Shown here in pieces: positions 39,115-49,275 of a DNA stretch of 64,000 bases. The DNA lies in contig OY769902.1 in NCBI GenBank assembly GCA_963669175.1, forward strand, positions 928,001-992,000. The letters run 5' to 3'. Position 1 is the stretch's first letter; every line of letters begins with the position of its first letter. The DNA comes from a bacterium. GTDB taxonomy: Bacteria > Electryoneota > Electryoneia > Electryoneales > Electryoneaceae. The position numbers and the translations under genes are program-made. Below the pieces are notes generated by a model. It made no database searches. It was given only the letters and a program-made list of their open reading frames with translations, and had not been told where the DNA came from.

Positions 39115-39845
39115 TACGCAACCTTACGTAAATGCTCCTCATATAATTTTGCCTGGCGGACCTTTTCTTCCGGAACTTTGTGCCACCAGGACGTATACTG
39201 CAAATCCTGATGACGTTGCCAGGTATCAAATAAAACCCATGTCGGGACATGTGTGTTTTCTATGGTCGGCATACCGTGGTTCAGCTTGGGATCAATCACC
39301 ACGGCGGGCGCTTCTTCACGCATGGGATACCAGCGAACGACACGATCATTTTCATATTCCAGCCCAAGAGACAGATAAGGGCGAACCACAGGCCACATCT
39401 CGTATTGCATATTGAACAGATTCAGTAGTTCTTCCGCTTCGTGTGCATCTCCGGCATAGGATTTTATCTTTTCAATCAATCGGACATAAATCTGACCACC
39501 ATCATCCGTATAAAAGGATTTGCTGGTATACGGATAATCCAACTGAAGAAATGATTGGATGGTCTCATACAGTTTACGCAGTTTCTGGAGAGACTGGTCT
39601 TTTTTGCGGAAAGAAAACAGAAATCGTAATTCGATCAGGTTGTAAAATCCAAGAGGATAGTCTGTGCTGTCCGGATGTTGTGGGGTCAGAACCGGGGGGT
39701 ATTCTTCGCGCGTACCACGGCCTCGCCATCCGGCGGAATAGCCGAATGTCCAGTTTCTGACCAGCCGCCGGTTTTCCTTCAGGAGGTTTGCGGCGTCAGT
39801 CAGGGAATAGAATCCCTGTTGCTCTATGACCTGGTGTTCCTGCAC
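39114..39845 (-). CDS. HTH + DUF433 antitoxin (VapB45-type)
   Basis: N-terminal YSLTDAANLL..VRNW HTH, FYNLIELRF, C-terminal VVIDPKLNHGMPTI DUF433. Confidence 0.82.
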   Translation of the reverse strand: MQEHQVIEQQGFYSLTDAANLLKENRRLVRNWTFGYSAGWRGRGTREEYPPVLTPQHPDSTDYPLGFYNLIELRFLFSFRKKDQSLQKLRKLYETIQSFLQLDYPYTSKSFYTDDGGQIYVRLIEKIKSYAGDAHEAEELLNLFNMQYEMWPVVRPYLSLGLEYENDRVVRWYPMREEAPAVVIDPKLNHGMPTIENTHVPTWVLFDTWQRHQDLQYTSWWHKVPEEKVRQAKLYEEHLRKVA

Positions 39846-40048
39846 GAAAAATGCCCCCTATCCATAGTAGAAAAGTACGGTTCTATTCTTTGGTTACGCA
39901 AGCTCAGGAACAAACCTGCTTCCATTATTAACCCTGTTGTGACTGCTTGGGTTTCTTCGAAATGCAGCGCTGATTCCTGGGGAATTGTCCCTGAAGATAT
40001 CTTTATGGTTCCTCGCTATTTCGTTTGGGTACACAAACTGAATCCGCA

Positions 40049-40293
40049 AGAAAATCGGGACTGCTACACTTTTCTGCAAAGACATAGCCTGAACATAAGG
40101 TTAATGACATGGTGTACAGATGAGTACTGGCCTTCAGACTTTAAACAAATAGCAGAAAAGGTAGCTGTCCCAGGATTTTCTGCTGATCACGAACAACAAG
40201 CATGCGAAAAATCCGGTACAGTTACCTTTTCTTCAAGATTGCCATGAGTGTCCTGCATTAGAAAACAAAAAAGGTAAAAGTCCCATTTTTCGC
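40049..40293. repeat. Four-box twin-hairpin element, family A (copy 2)
   Basis: Boxes at 40049, 40152, 40204 and 40267 homologous to 23034-23281; loops unrelated. Confidence 0.85.
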
Positions 40294-40439
40294 CGCCTCC
40301 ATACACGAAACAGCGAGGAGCCACCTCTACAAACCAAGCCGCCTATCGAACGGACCTCATCCAAATTGCATAACATAAAAACCGGGACCACCACAAAGGC
40401 AATCCCGGTTGAAAAGCAGACAATCCGTATGTTCGCCCC

Positions 40440-42542
40440 TTATTTCAGCAGAACCATCCGTTTCATGCTGGTCATGTTTCCGGACTCGAGTTTGTAGAAG
40501 TAGACGCCACTGGCGAGATCGGCCCCGTTGAAGGTGATCTCGTGACGCCCGCTGTTCATGATCCCGTTGGTCAGGACAGCCACCTGGCGTCCGAGCAGGT
40601 CATAGACAGAGAGTTTGACTTGTCCGGCACGGTGCAGCGTGAATGCAATCCGTGTTTCCGGGTTGAACGGGTTGGGGAAGTTCTGTTCCAGCTCGAAGCG
40701 TTCAGGCAGGTCGCCTTCCTGTTCGTCCACATCCCAGCGCCAGAAACCATTGGCTTCTTCCCAGTCGTAGTTGTGATCATCGTACCAGAACTGGGTGGAG
40801 TCGATGTGGATCGGGTAGTTTACTACCCACTCGTCGAACGATGCGAGGATATCCTCTTTCGCGGACCGCAGCCAGACCGCGTTGCACTGGGTAAACGCGC
40901 CTTCCTGCTGGTTGGCGTTCCCGCCTTCGTAATCCATGATGAAGAAGGTGTTCAGGTACGGGCCGTCGTTGTACAGGGAGATCGTGGGAGAGGACTCACA
41001 CCGTGCTTCTCCAGTCGCCGCGCCCTGGGTGGATGCGTTATAGCGTGTGTTGGTCAGGTTGATGCCCTTTGCCCACAGCAGGCCGTTATAATCTCCCGGG
41101 GGGCTGGCTGTGACGAAGACTTCTGCATTGCCGAACCCGGACTGCGAATAGTCCAGCGTATTCGTAGCGTAGAGCGGGTTCAGGGAATCGCCGCTTAACA
41201 CATTCAGCCCGATTTGCTGGTATACCATGTACAGGACACCCGTAGCCGGATCCTGGTACATGGAGGGGCGGTCGGCGGCACGGTGCCAGCTACCGGGATC
41301 ATAGCAATACTGGTAGCCATCAACCGCTAGGGTAAAGACATCGTTTACCTCGTCCCAGTGATAAATCCAGGATGCTTTGACGTTAATCGTGCCGTGAAGC
41401 TGGTAGAACCCGGACGTGGTAAAGGCTACGTGCATCTTCTCGTCACGGTCGAAATAGACATTCGCATCGCAATAGGCGCGCAGGGTGTCACGGTTAGCGG
41501 CGACACTATCCGGGAGCAGATCCATGTTCGGCGGAATGAATTCGGTCAGGTCAAGCGGGTCATTCCAGTTCAAGCCGCCGTCTTCCGACACATACACCCA
41601 GAGATCCTGGTTGTACTGGGTCCACTCGGTTATGTCGCCGGGGTGCTCGAAATAGTCTCGTGAAATCGTCGCTGCCACAGCCACACGGCTGCCGTCTTCC
41701 GAAACAGCAATGTCTGCGCTGATATTGCGCTGCCATTCACAGAGCAGAGTCTGCTGACCGACGGTGAAGGTTTGGGTCGCCGGATCATAAGCGTGACGGG
41801 AATAATAAATAGGCAACGGCTGTACGCGGTCGTCGTTGGGATCTGGCGGATTGACTGTTGTGACCATGTGCAGGATAGAATTCTGCGAGTCGAATACAGC
41901 GACCGGCCAGAACTGAGGATCATCCCCCACCTGCGCGACATCGGTTTCGATGAAGGTGCCCGGGTAGACATTCCATTCATACGCCAGGATGTTGTTCATG
42001 TCGTCTTCGGTGTTGCCGCCGTGATAGATCGGGAAACCAATCAGGTTGGTGTTGTCAAAGGCCAGGGTGGTATAAGCCCCGATGGTTCCCGAGTCGACAC
42101 GATACCCTTCCTGTGCATGTTCAACCTGGAGCGAACCGTCACCATCCACAAACGCGCGATTGAAAGCGATGTGAACATCCGTGTTTGCCGTAGGTTTATC
42201 CATCCAGGAGAAGAACGCCACATTCGTTTCGGGAGCGTTGTTAATCATCACCGTGCCCGTGGTGAACGCAATATTGCGTCCGTTTGAGCAGTTATGCTGT
42301 TCACTGTAGTAGGTGTTCCCGACACTGAGCGTGTCTCCGATAAACTCATCGAGTTCGCTGGACAGGGGATGATCCCCCGGACACCACACATTCTGCGGGA
42401 TTAGCTGCGGGTTTGGCAATACGTTACTTGGGTAAGCGCGGGTGGCAGGAACTTTTTGGTCAAGCAAGCTGGCTGTCTCTGTCGCAAAGCCCACGCTGCA
42501 TAACAACAGCAGGACAACCACAAACGATACACTCCGTGTCAT
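40440..42542 (-). CDS. Secreted BNR/Asp-box protein with T9SS-type C-terminal domain
   Basis: Signal peptide, SEDGGLNW, C-terminal QNFPNPFNP...ASGVYFYKL..KRMVLLK. Confidence 0.82.
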   Translation of the reverse strand: MTRSVSFVVVLLLLCSVGFATETASLLDQKVPATRAYPSNVLPNPQLIPQNVWCPGDHPLSSELDEFIGDTLSVGNTYYSEQHNCSNGRNIAFTTGTVMINNAPETNVAFFSWMDKPTANTDVHIAFNRAFVDGDGSLQVEHAQEGYRVDSGTIGAYTTLAFDNTNLIGFPIYHGGNTEDDMNNILAYEWNVYPGTFIETDVAQVGDDPQFWPVAVFDSQNSILHMVTTVNPPDPNDDRVQPLPIYYSRHAYDPATQTFTVGQQTLLCEWQRNISADIAVSEDGSRVAVAATISRDYFEHPGDITEWTQYNQDLWVYVSEDGGLNWNDPLDLTEFIPPNMDLLPDSVAANRDTLRAYCDANVYFDRDEKMHVAFTTSGFYQLHGTINVKASWIYHWDEVNDVFTLAVDGYQYCYDPGSWHRAADRPSMYQDPATGVLYMVYQQIGLNVLSGDSLNPLYATNTLDYSQSGFGNAEVFVTASPPGDYNGLLWAKGINLTNTRYNASTQGAATGEARCESSPTISLYNDGPYLNTFFIMDYEGGNANQQEGAFTQCNAVWLRSAKEDILASFDEWVVNYPIHIDSTQFWYDDHNYDWEEANGFWRWDVDEQEGDLPERFELEQNFPNPFNPETRIAFTLHRAGQVKLSVYDLLGRQVAVLTNGIMNSGRHEITFNGADLASGVYFYKLESGNMTSMKRMVLLK

Positions 42543-42904
42543 GGCACCTCCATCTCCGAAAACCGCGCGATGACGAGTCCAACACCCCTTCTCAGGTAGT
42601 ACAGGTCACCCGTTCTGCGCTCACGACATCGTCACGGTTCATCGTCAAAATGGTCGGCTCCGTGGACACTTCTTCTTCTAAAATACGGCGAAAATGGCGC
42701 TCTGCAATAGTCAAGAGCGCCAGAAATGAAATATTTCGCCATCTTTTTTATCGTTTGACTGGAGACACCGTGGGCTTGGGGGGCTGGTATGTCTGTCAGC
42801 AGGATGCAGGGAGAATTGCCGGTCGTTTTCAGGCAATCCGCGATAGAAACAGCCTCTACTCCGTAGTAGTACGATAGCCAGAGTCCACCGAGGAAAAAAT
42901 ACTT

Positions 42905-42928
42905 TTGGCCCGACTGCTTGCTGTCGGG
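42905..42928 (+). repeat. Single REP
   Basis: TTGGCCCGACTGCTTGCTGTCGGG, identical to 36022-36045 and to the reverse complement of 54873-54896. Confidence 0.85.
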
Positions 42929-42935
42929 GATCAAT

Positions 42936-42962
42936 AAAAACGGGCAACCGTGGTTGCCCGTT
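42936..42962 (-). terminator. Intrinsic terminator of the upstream minus-strand gene
   Basis: AAAAA-CGGGCAACCGTGGTTGCCCG. Confidence 0.7.
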
Positions 42963-42997
42963 ATCATCAACAAAATCGTACAATATCAAATAAAACA

Positions 42998-45853
42998 CTA
43001 TTTCAACAGCGTTATCTGCCGTGTGGCGGTACGTCCGGCGCTTTGCAAACGCATGAAATACGTTCCGCTGGCCAGGTTATCACCGTTGAAGGTAAAGGTA
43101 TGTTCGCCAGCCTTATATGCCCCCTGTGCCAGGGTAGTGACACAGCGTCCCAACTCGTTGAACACATCCAACCGCAGGTCCGCGTTGTTGGGAAGCGTGA
43201 CAGTAACCGTCGCCGTGGCGTTAAATGGATTCGGGTATACAGCGCTGATCTCGAATTGTTCCGGCAGGCCGTCTTCCTGTTCCAGGGTTCCATGGTCTTC
43301 CCAGGTGGCAAAGGTGGAATATACCCCGCCGCCGTGGGTGCCGACAGACACAAAACCGTCGCTGTTGCGCACATCCATGTGGGTAACCCACATCTTGCCC
43401 AGGACATCTTCCCCCTCCTGGATCCAGACGGTGTTTTCGCCATCCAGCTCGAAGGTAGAAAACAGGCCGATCGTGGTGCCTACCAGGTAAATCGGGTGCT
43501 CTTCATCGTAGACAACTTCCATCCAGAAGCATGAAGGACCATTGCCGGAACCGTCAGGATTCTCTTCCAGGTTGCCGCCAATGTTGGTCCAGGACAGGCC
43601 GCCGTCTTCGGAATAGAACAGGGATGGAATATTGTAGTTGGTGAATACGGCATACACCTTGTCCGGGTCTGTCGGATCGACGGTGATGCAATGGATCCAG
43701 GCGCCAACCGGGAACTGGAAGAAATCGGTAACTTCCAACATGGACATGTTGCCAAAAGCGTCCGTAATGCGGTAAATGCGCGATTGGGTTGACAGGGTGG
43801 GATCGTAGTCGCCGTAATAGACAACAGCCTCTTCACTGGCTGAAATCCCGACCGCAGTCACCCAACGGTTTTCATGGTTGGAACCAGGCACAGTGATCCA
43901 GTTGCCTTCCGGATCAAAGAAGTTTTCATTGATGTAAATTTCATAGGTGCCGGCCACTGCCAGGCGGATGTTATCGTAGGCGCTGACTTCGTATGGTGTA
44001 ATCCAACGGTCAAAATTGCCACCCGGTGGCTCGAACCAGTAATAGTCCTGAAAGTCAAAATTGTCATCGAGGACCATACAGATGAAGCTGCCGCCATACT
44101 GGGTTGTTGCATAGTAAGCACGCCAGTCATCCCCCGGTCCGGCGCCAACATCACAAGCCATGCCATCACCACCCAGGAATTCTACCCAGGGATCAAGCCT
44201 GTTTTCCGAATCCGTGCCCCAGGTGCCATTGTCCTGCATACCACCCATGACAAACATGGAACCGTCTGTGATCGGGTCAACGGCTGTCCAGTAGAACTGA
44301 GTGGTCAGATATCCCTCGACATAGGTCCAGGGGAATACATCCTGCAGGCTGTTCTGGTACAGGCTGTTTTCACACTTGCTGATGCCGCCGTCATGGGAGC
44401 AATACGCGATATCCGGGTTCGTGGGATCAAAAACCAGGTTGTGAATATCCGCATGTCCACCCGGGAAATTAATGCCTTCTTCTTCGTGCCCCGGGTAACC
44501 GTAATAATAGTTATAGCCGTTTATCCAGTAGGTATTGTTGTCTGTCTGGAAGGCGTCATCACTACGGAACAGGCTGACACCGCCAAGATATACAATGTTG
44601 CTGGAATCCGGGTGAACCTTCACGACCATGTTATAGCCACCCTGGGGATTCGCATCCCAACCGTAAGCGTAGGCGACTTCAGCAAAGTCGGGCATGTTGT
44701 TGGACAGGTCTTCCCAGATCGGTACACCGGCAACCTGCTGCAAGTGCCACAGGCTGATACCGCCGCCGCTACTGCTGAAGCCTGAACCCGGTGTCACGGC
44801 AAAGAAGTACAACTCCTCTTCATCGGAAGGATTGTAGCCCATGACAATGCGCCCGTAACTCTGCGGGAAGGCTTCCGGTGTCAGGGGGGTCCAGGTGTCA
44901 CCGCTGTCATCGCTACGGTAAATCCCGGCGCCGGGAGACGCACTTGCGATGGTCGCGTAGACAACACCGTTGGGCGTCACCAGCACATCTGCCCAGGCTT
45001 CCGCCTCTACATCCACCGTTCCCAGGATCAAGTCCCATGACTCTCCGCCATCACGTGAACGGTGAATTGTGCCGAAAGTCGCCGCGAAAACCTCATCCTG
45101 GTCAAAATTGGTCGGATTGGTTGCGATACGGAATACGACATCAAACGGGTTGTCGAACTGATGGGGAGGGCCAACTGTGGATTCGAGCTGCGTCCAGGTG
45201 ACGCCGCCGTCGGTCGACTTGAAGATGCCTTCACCGGTATAGGTCGGGATACGGCTATTCACACCACGAGAGCCGCTGCCGGTATACTCGCCTGTTCCGT
45301 AATACCATGTATCCGTGTGGCCCTCACGGGTGTCCTGCGCAGCACAGGTCACACTCGGGGTGACATCAAACCCGGTTGTACGGTTCCAGGTATCCCCGCC
45401 ATCCTCCGACAACCACATGCCGCCAGTCACACCGCCGGCAAGGATACGCTGATTGTTGGAAACATCAATCGCCAGGGCACGGCTGCGTCCGCCGATGTTG
45501 TTCGGCCCACGGAAGCTCCAGTCCTGGGTTAATGTAGTATGACGTCCCCGTTTGGAAAGTGAAGCGTGTGCATTTAATGCATTGACAAAGGCCACTTCTT
45601 TCGAACGCATGTGTTGTGGCACCCGTCCGGTTGCCGGGTCACGAAGACGCAGCCATTCGTACTCCTTGCGTCCGTAAAGCTTATCACTCTTGTCAATTTC
45701 CTGTTTGCTGGGAAACATGTTCTTCGCGACAAAAGCAAAAGCAGGGTGCTGTCCGCGTGGCTCACCTTTCGTTTTCGGCAGCCAGGCTGTGCTGCCAATA
45801 ACAAGGATTGCAGCCACTACCAACGCCAGCACATCACGTGTTAACCGTGCCAT
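42998..45853 (-). CDS. Secreted VPS10/sortilin-like BNR beta-propeller (putative glycoside hydrolase) with T9SS-type C-terminal domain
   Basis: At least five S.DGG..W-type Asp boxes, GPNNIGGR, HADIH, GGMQDNGTW, GGDGM; YPNPFN...ASGTYF. Confidence 0.85.
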   Translation of the reverse strand: MARLTRDVLALVVAAILVIGSTAWLPKTKGEPRGQHPAFAFVAKNMFPSKQEIDKSDKLYGRKEYEWLRLRDPATGRVPQHMRSKEVAFVNALNAHASLSKRGRHTTLTQDWSFRGPNNIGGRSRALAIDVSNNQRILAGGVTGGMWLSEDGGDTWNRTTGFDVTPSVTCAAQDTREGHTDTWYYGTGEYTGSGSRGVNSRIPTYTGEGIFKSTDGGVTWTQLESTVGPPHQFDNPFDVVFRIATNPTNFDQDEVFAATFGTIHRSRDGGESWDLILGTVDVEAEAWADVLVTPNGVVYATIASASPGAGIYRSDDSGDTWTPLTPEAFPQSYGRIVMGYNPSDEEELYFFAVTPGSGFSSSGGGISLWHLQQVAGVPIWEDLSNNMPDFAEVAYAYGWDANPQGGYNMVVKVHPDSSNIVYLGGVSLFRSDDAFQTDNNTYWINGYNYYYGYPGHEEEGINFPGGHADIHNLVFDPTNPDIAYCSHDGGISKCENSLYQNSLQDVFPWTYVEGYLTTQFYWTAVDPITDGSMFVMGGMQDNGTWGTDSENRLDPWVEFLGGDGMACDVGAGPGDDWRAYYATTQYGGSFICMVLDDNFDFQDYYWFEPPGGNFDRWITPYEVSAYDNIRLAVAGTYEIYINENFFDPEGNWITVPGSNHENRWVTAVGISASEEAVVYYGDYDPTLSTQSRIYRITDAFGNMSMLEVTDFFQFPVGAWIHCITVDPTDPDKVYAVFTNYNIPSLFYSEDGGLSWTNIGGNLEENPDGSGNGPSCFWMEVVYDEEHPIYLVGTTIGLFSTFELDGENTVWIQEGEDVLGKMWVTHMDVRNSDGFVSVGTHGGGVYSTFATWEDHGTLEQEDGLPEQFEISAVYPNPFNATATVTVTLPNNADLRLDVFNELGRCVTTLAQGAYKAGEHTFTFNGDNLASGTYFMRLQSAGRTATRQITLLK

Positions 45854-45983
45854 CTTCCCTCCATCCTATCCTATACCAGGCTCCTGTTTTTAAAATACAC
45901 ACGGAATAGTGATTTAGTCCAGTATTATTCGGGCGTTATTGTCAAGCGGTCCACAAAGAGATTCTCCCAATATTGAGTTTATT

Positions 45984-46296
45984 TAGCGATTCCCATCATT
46001 AATCCGTCATATGGTCAGGTTCTATGTCGGTGAAAGATCAACTATATAGTTGGAAAAAAGAGATGGAAATAAGGGACTGCCTCCTTTCCCTGGGGTAAAG
46101 CCTTCCCGCTGTGAACATGGACAGGGAAAGGTAGCTTACCCTTTTTCCTGAGAGCAGGCATGAAATACACGAAAAGGGGACAGTTTCCTTTTCCAGGGAT
46201 ACTTCAGGAGTATTCCGTAAAAGTGAGAGGAAAAGGATCCCGTCCCCTTTTCCCGGCAATCTCTATTATGTCGGAATAAAATCGAGAACAGCAATA
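45984..46296 (-). repeat. ~315-bp four-box element, family B (copy 2, inverted)
   Basis: Reverse-complement homolog of 17993-18314. Confidence 0.85.
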
Positions 46297-46324
46297 AAAA
46301 AAATGCCCGCAATTTTGCGGGCAT
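46296..46324 (-). terminator. Intrinsic terminator of the MCP gene
   Basis: A-tract followed by ATGCCCGCAATTTTGCGGGCAT. Confidence 0.75.
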
Positions 46325-46343
46325 CTAACGGTTGAATTTGTGT

Positions 46344-48710
46344 TTAATAGTCGAAGCGTTCGATTACAGGCAGTTCATCCACTTGTTTTTCGGCGTGCAT
46401 TTTCGCTTCCAATTGCCGTTTTCCGATCAATTCCTGTTGCTCCTGGATTTTGAAGCGTGCTACGATTTCCTGCATATACGCGGCCTGGCTGGAAAGCTCC
46501 TGGGCAGCAGCGGCGCCTTCCTCCGCATTGGAAGTCGCGCTCTGGGTGACATTATCAATCTGGGTAAGCGCATCGGCCACCTGGTCGATTCCCTGGGCCT
46601 GGCCGGATGAAGACCCGGCGATTTCATCCACCAAAACGGCAACCTTGGTGATGCTTTCAACAATTTTGCCTAAGGCCGTTGAGGTTTCTTCAACGATCTC
46701 GTTCCCATTATTAATCCTGGCAACCGATCCCTCGATTAGGGCCGTAGTCTCCTTCGCAGCGCTGGCGCTACGTTGAGCGAGGTTTCGGACCTCATCGGCC
46801 ACAACAGCAAACCCCTTTCCATGCACTCCGGCCCGCGCAGCCTCAACCGCAGCATTTAACGCCAGCAGGTTTGTCTGGAACGCGATCTCATCAATCACCT
46901 TGATAATCTTCTGGATCTCGGTGGAGGAGGCATTGATCTCGTTCATGGATTGTACCATGGACGCCATCTGCTTGTTGCCAACCGTAGCCACATCACGCGC
47001 TTCCGTAGCCAGGGTATTGGTTTCACGTGCGCTCTCGGCGCTTTTCCTGGTACGTGAACTCATCTCAGTCATGGCCGATGTAATCTCTTCCAGTGAACTG
47101 GCCTGCTCTGTAGCGCCCTGTGATATGGCGGTGCTGGTGTCGGCCACCTGCTGAGAGCCATTGGCCACCTGGTCGGAAACGGAACGAATCTCACCCATCA
47201 GGTTGTTCAACGTGGCAAGGGTCCGGTTCATGGATTCCTGCAGATGCTGGAAGACCTTGCCGACTTCACGGGTAGTATCATTCGATTCATCCGCTTCGAA
47301 ATGTATCGTAAGGTCGCCGTCATTGAGTGCATCGAATACGGTTACCAGCTTGTTGATTTGAACTTTCTGGTACTCGGCGATCTCGATCATCTGACCACGC
47401 ATGCGTTCGGATTCAGTCTGATCGGAAACCACTTCCAGAACCCCTATGATCTTACCATTGTCATCGTATATGGGTGTCCCGGTATAATCGACATGGTAGT
47501 CTTCATGGCCGATGTGGGCAATTGTATGGCTGTTGGTAACCTGGTTGTTTTTCATTGCTCTATGACAGGCGCAATTTTCTGTCCCACAGTGATCCGTGTT
47601 GAAATAGGCAGCGCATTGTTGCCCTCTTAGGTGGTCCATGGAAACAGATTTTAAATTCAGGCCGGCACGGTTCATGTATTGAATGTTCATATTCGTATCA
47701 ATGATCATCACCGGAGTCGGTACAGAATCCAGATGGCTTACAAAGGTGTCAGCCATGGCGTTAATACCATGGAGTAATTCCTTGAAAGCGCCTTTGAATT
47801 CGTTCTCGTCGGCGCGCAGGGTCAGGTTCCCACGCAGGGAACCGTCACGAATTTCCCGTACTTCAGATTGCAAACGTAAAAGTGTTTCCCGAAGAGAATG
47901 CATTGCGATACCCAGGGTGTCATCCTCCGACGTCAGGACAACATGCGCTTCAAGGTCACCCGCAGCATATTTCTCGACAGTCTCCGTTTTGTCGAGGAAA
48001 TTCTCACGTAATTCACCAAAAGACTGGGAAAGGTCGCCGATTTCATCCCGGGTGGTCACCGCTACGTCTCGAGAAAAATCACCAAGCGCCATTTGCCTTG
48101 CTGAAAAAACAAGTTCTTTTATCACGCTGACAATTTTCTTTTCCACGACCAGATAGGTTATCAGCGTGGTCAGGAGTACGGTTGCCAGTCCCAGGAGGAC
48201 TGCCCAGACACGATTGGCGCGTCCGTCCGCCAATTGTTCATCCAGGGAAGAACGAATGCTGAGGACGACCATGGTTTCGCCTTCGGGAACATCATGGCAC
48301 TCAACACAGGATTCATCAGCTACCATGGGGGAAACGATTCGAAGCAAACGCTGACCTTCACGGCGTTCACGAAGCAACTGAGGCGTTTTGGAGGAGCTGA
48401 CAAGTTTTTCGGATTCATCCAGCTCGGCAGGCTCATCACTTACAACAGCAGTGGCTTTCACGGAGACTTCTTCGATGCCTTCAACCGAGGCCACATCTTC
48501 TACAAACGGTTTGAAATCGCTGACGCCTTCCCTCATGGCAAAGGCCAATGATTTGGTAAGCATGTCTGAAGTTGCCCATAATTCATTTTCTACAGATGTA
48601 ACGCTGGCTTTTCTGTCATTCATGAGAAACATGGTCAACATGCAGGTCATTGTGACAAAAAGTACAATAAGGGTAGTCAGGGCAATTTTCTTAGAAAGTG
48701 AAAGAGTCAT
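46344..48710 (-). CDS. Methyl-accepting chemotaxis protein (periplasmic CxxCH motif, HAMP, PAS)
   Basis: Two TM helices, periplasmic SCVECH, HAMPs, PAS, IAFQTNLLALNAAVEAARAG signalling hairpin. Confidence 0.93.
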   Translation of the reverse strand: MTLSLSKKIALTTLIVLFVTMTCMLTMFLMNDRKASVTSVENELWATSDMLTKSLAFAMREGVSDFKPFVEDVASVEGIEEVSVKATAVVSDEPAELDESEKLVSSSKTPQLLRERREGQRLLRIVSPMVADESCVECHDVPEGETMVVLSIRSSLDEQLADGRANRVWAVLLGLATVLLTTLITYLVVEKKIVSVIKELVFSARQMALGDFSRDVAVTTRDEIGDLSQSFGELRENFLDKTETVEKYAAGDLEAHVVLTSEDDTLGIAMHSLRETLLRLQSEVREIRDGSLRGNLTLRADENEFKGAFKELLHGINAMADTFVSHLDSVPTPVMIIDTNMNIQYMNRAGLNLKSVSMDHLRGQQCAAYFNTDHCGTENCACHRAMKNNQVTNSHTIAHIGHEDYHVDYTGTPIYDDNGKIIGVLEVVSDQTESERMRGQMIEIAEYQKVQINKLVTVFDALNDGDLTIHFEADESNDTTREVGKVFQHLQESMNRTLATLNNLMGEIRSVSDQVANGSQQVADTSTAISQGATEQASSLEEITSAMTEMSSRTRKSAESARETNTLATEARDVATVGNKQMASMVQSMNEINASSTEIQKIIKVIDEIAFQTNLLALNAAVEAARAGVHGKGFAVVADEVRNLAQRSASAAKETTALIEGSVARINNGNEIVEETSTALGKIVESITKVAVLVDEIAGSSSGQAQGIDQVADALTQIDNVTQSATSNAEEGAAAAQELSSQAAYMQEIVARFKIQEQQELIGKRQLEAKMHAEKQVDELPVIERFDY

Positions 48711-49275
48711 TTGACACCTCCCAACAGGAGTTAACTACAGCGTGCACCGCCCCCCAAGGCTGTACATATCACTAATCAATTTCCCCCCGATTGCAAAAAA
48801 TAGCAAGCAGTGTTTTGTGTAACATGCCCAATCAAGAGTATATATCACGAGTTACGAGTGTTGGGTGTCGAGGAGTTTGTATGGACCTCAAACCGTTGTC
48901 ACAATTGATTTTTATAGACATGGGGTTTTGACAGTTCAGAAAAGAAGAGAGGCTCCTTGTCCGGGGTTTCCGAAATTTCGCCCCAGACTAACTTTTACAA
49001 GTTTAAAAATTTCTAGTATAATTTTAGTAGCGATGTTTGATTTGAGTCACTTTAGTGAAGGGTTTTGATAGTAAAATTTGCATATTGTGCCATATTCACA
49101 GGTGGGTCTCTCTGTACAAAATACTGTGAATGCAGGTTTCAGGCAATTTTACAGAGGCGAGCCCCTGTTTACCGAAGACTCTACAAATAACCTGTTCACT
49201 TTACTTGCTATTAGCATAAATCTGGCTGAAATTATAAAACTGTGCGGCAATCGTCATTTTTTTACATGCGAGGCA

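Noticed and set aside
23034-40293. Integron cassette array
   Set aside because: The hairpins lack RYYYAAC/GTTRRRY ends, are dispersed among core genes, and no intI is present; only the structural logic resembles attC
48711-49275. c-di-GMP riboswitch between the MCP and HD-GYP genes
   Set aside because: No recognisable GEMM (GCAAA..GAAA..GACGCAAAG) pattern on either strand
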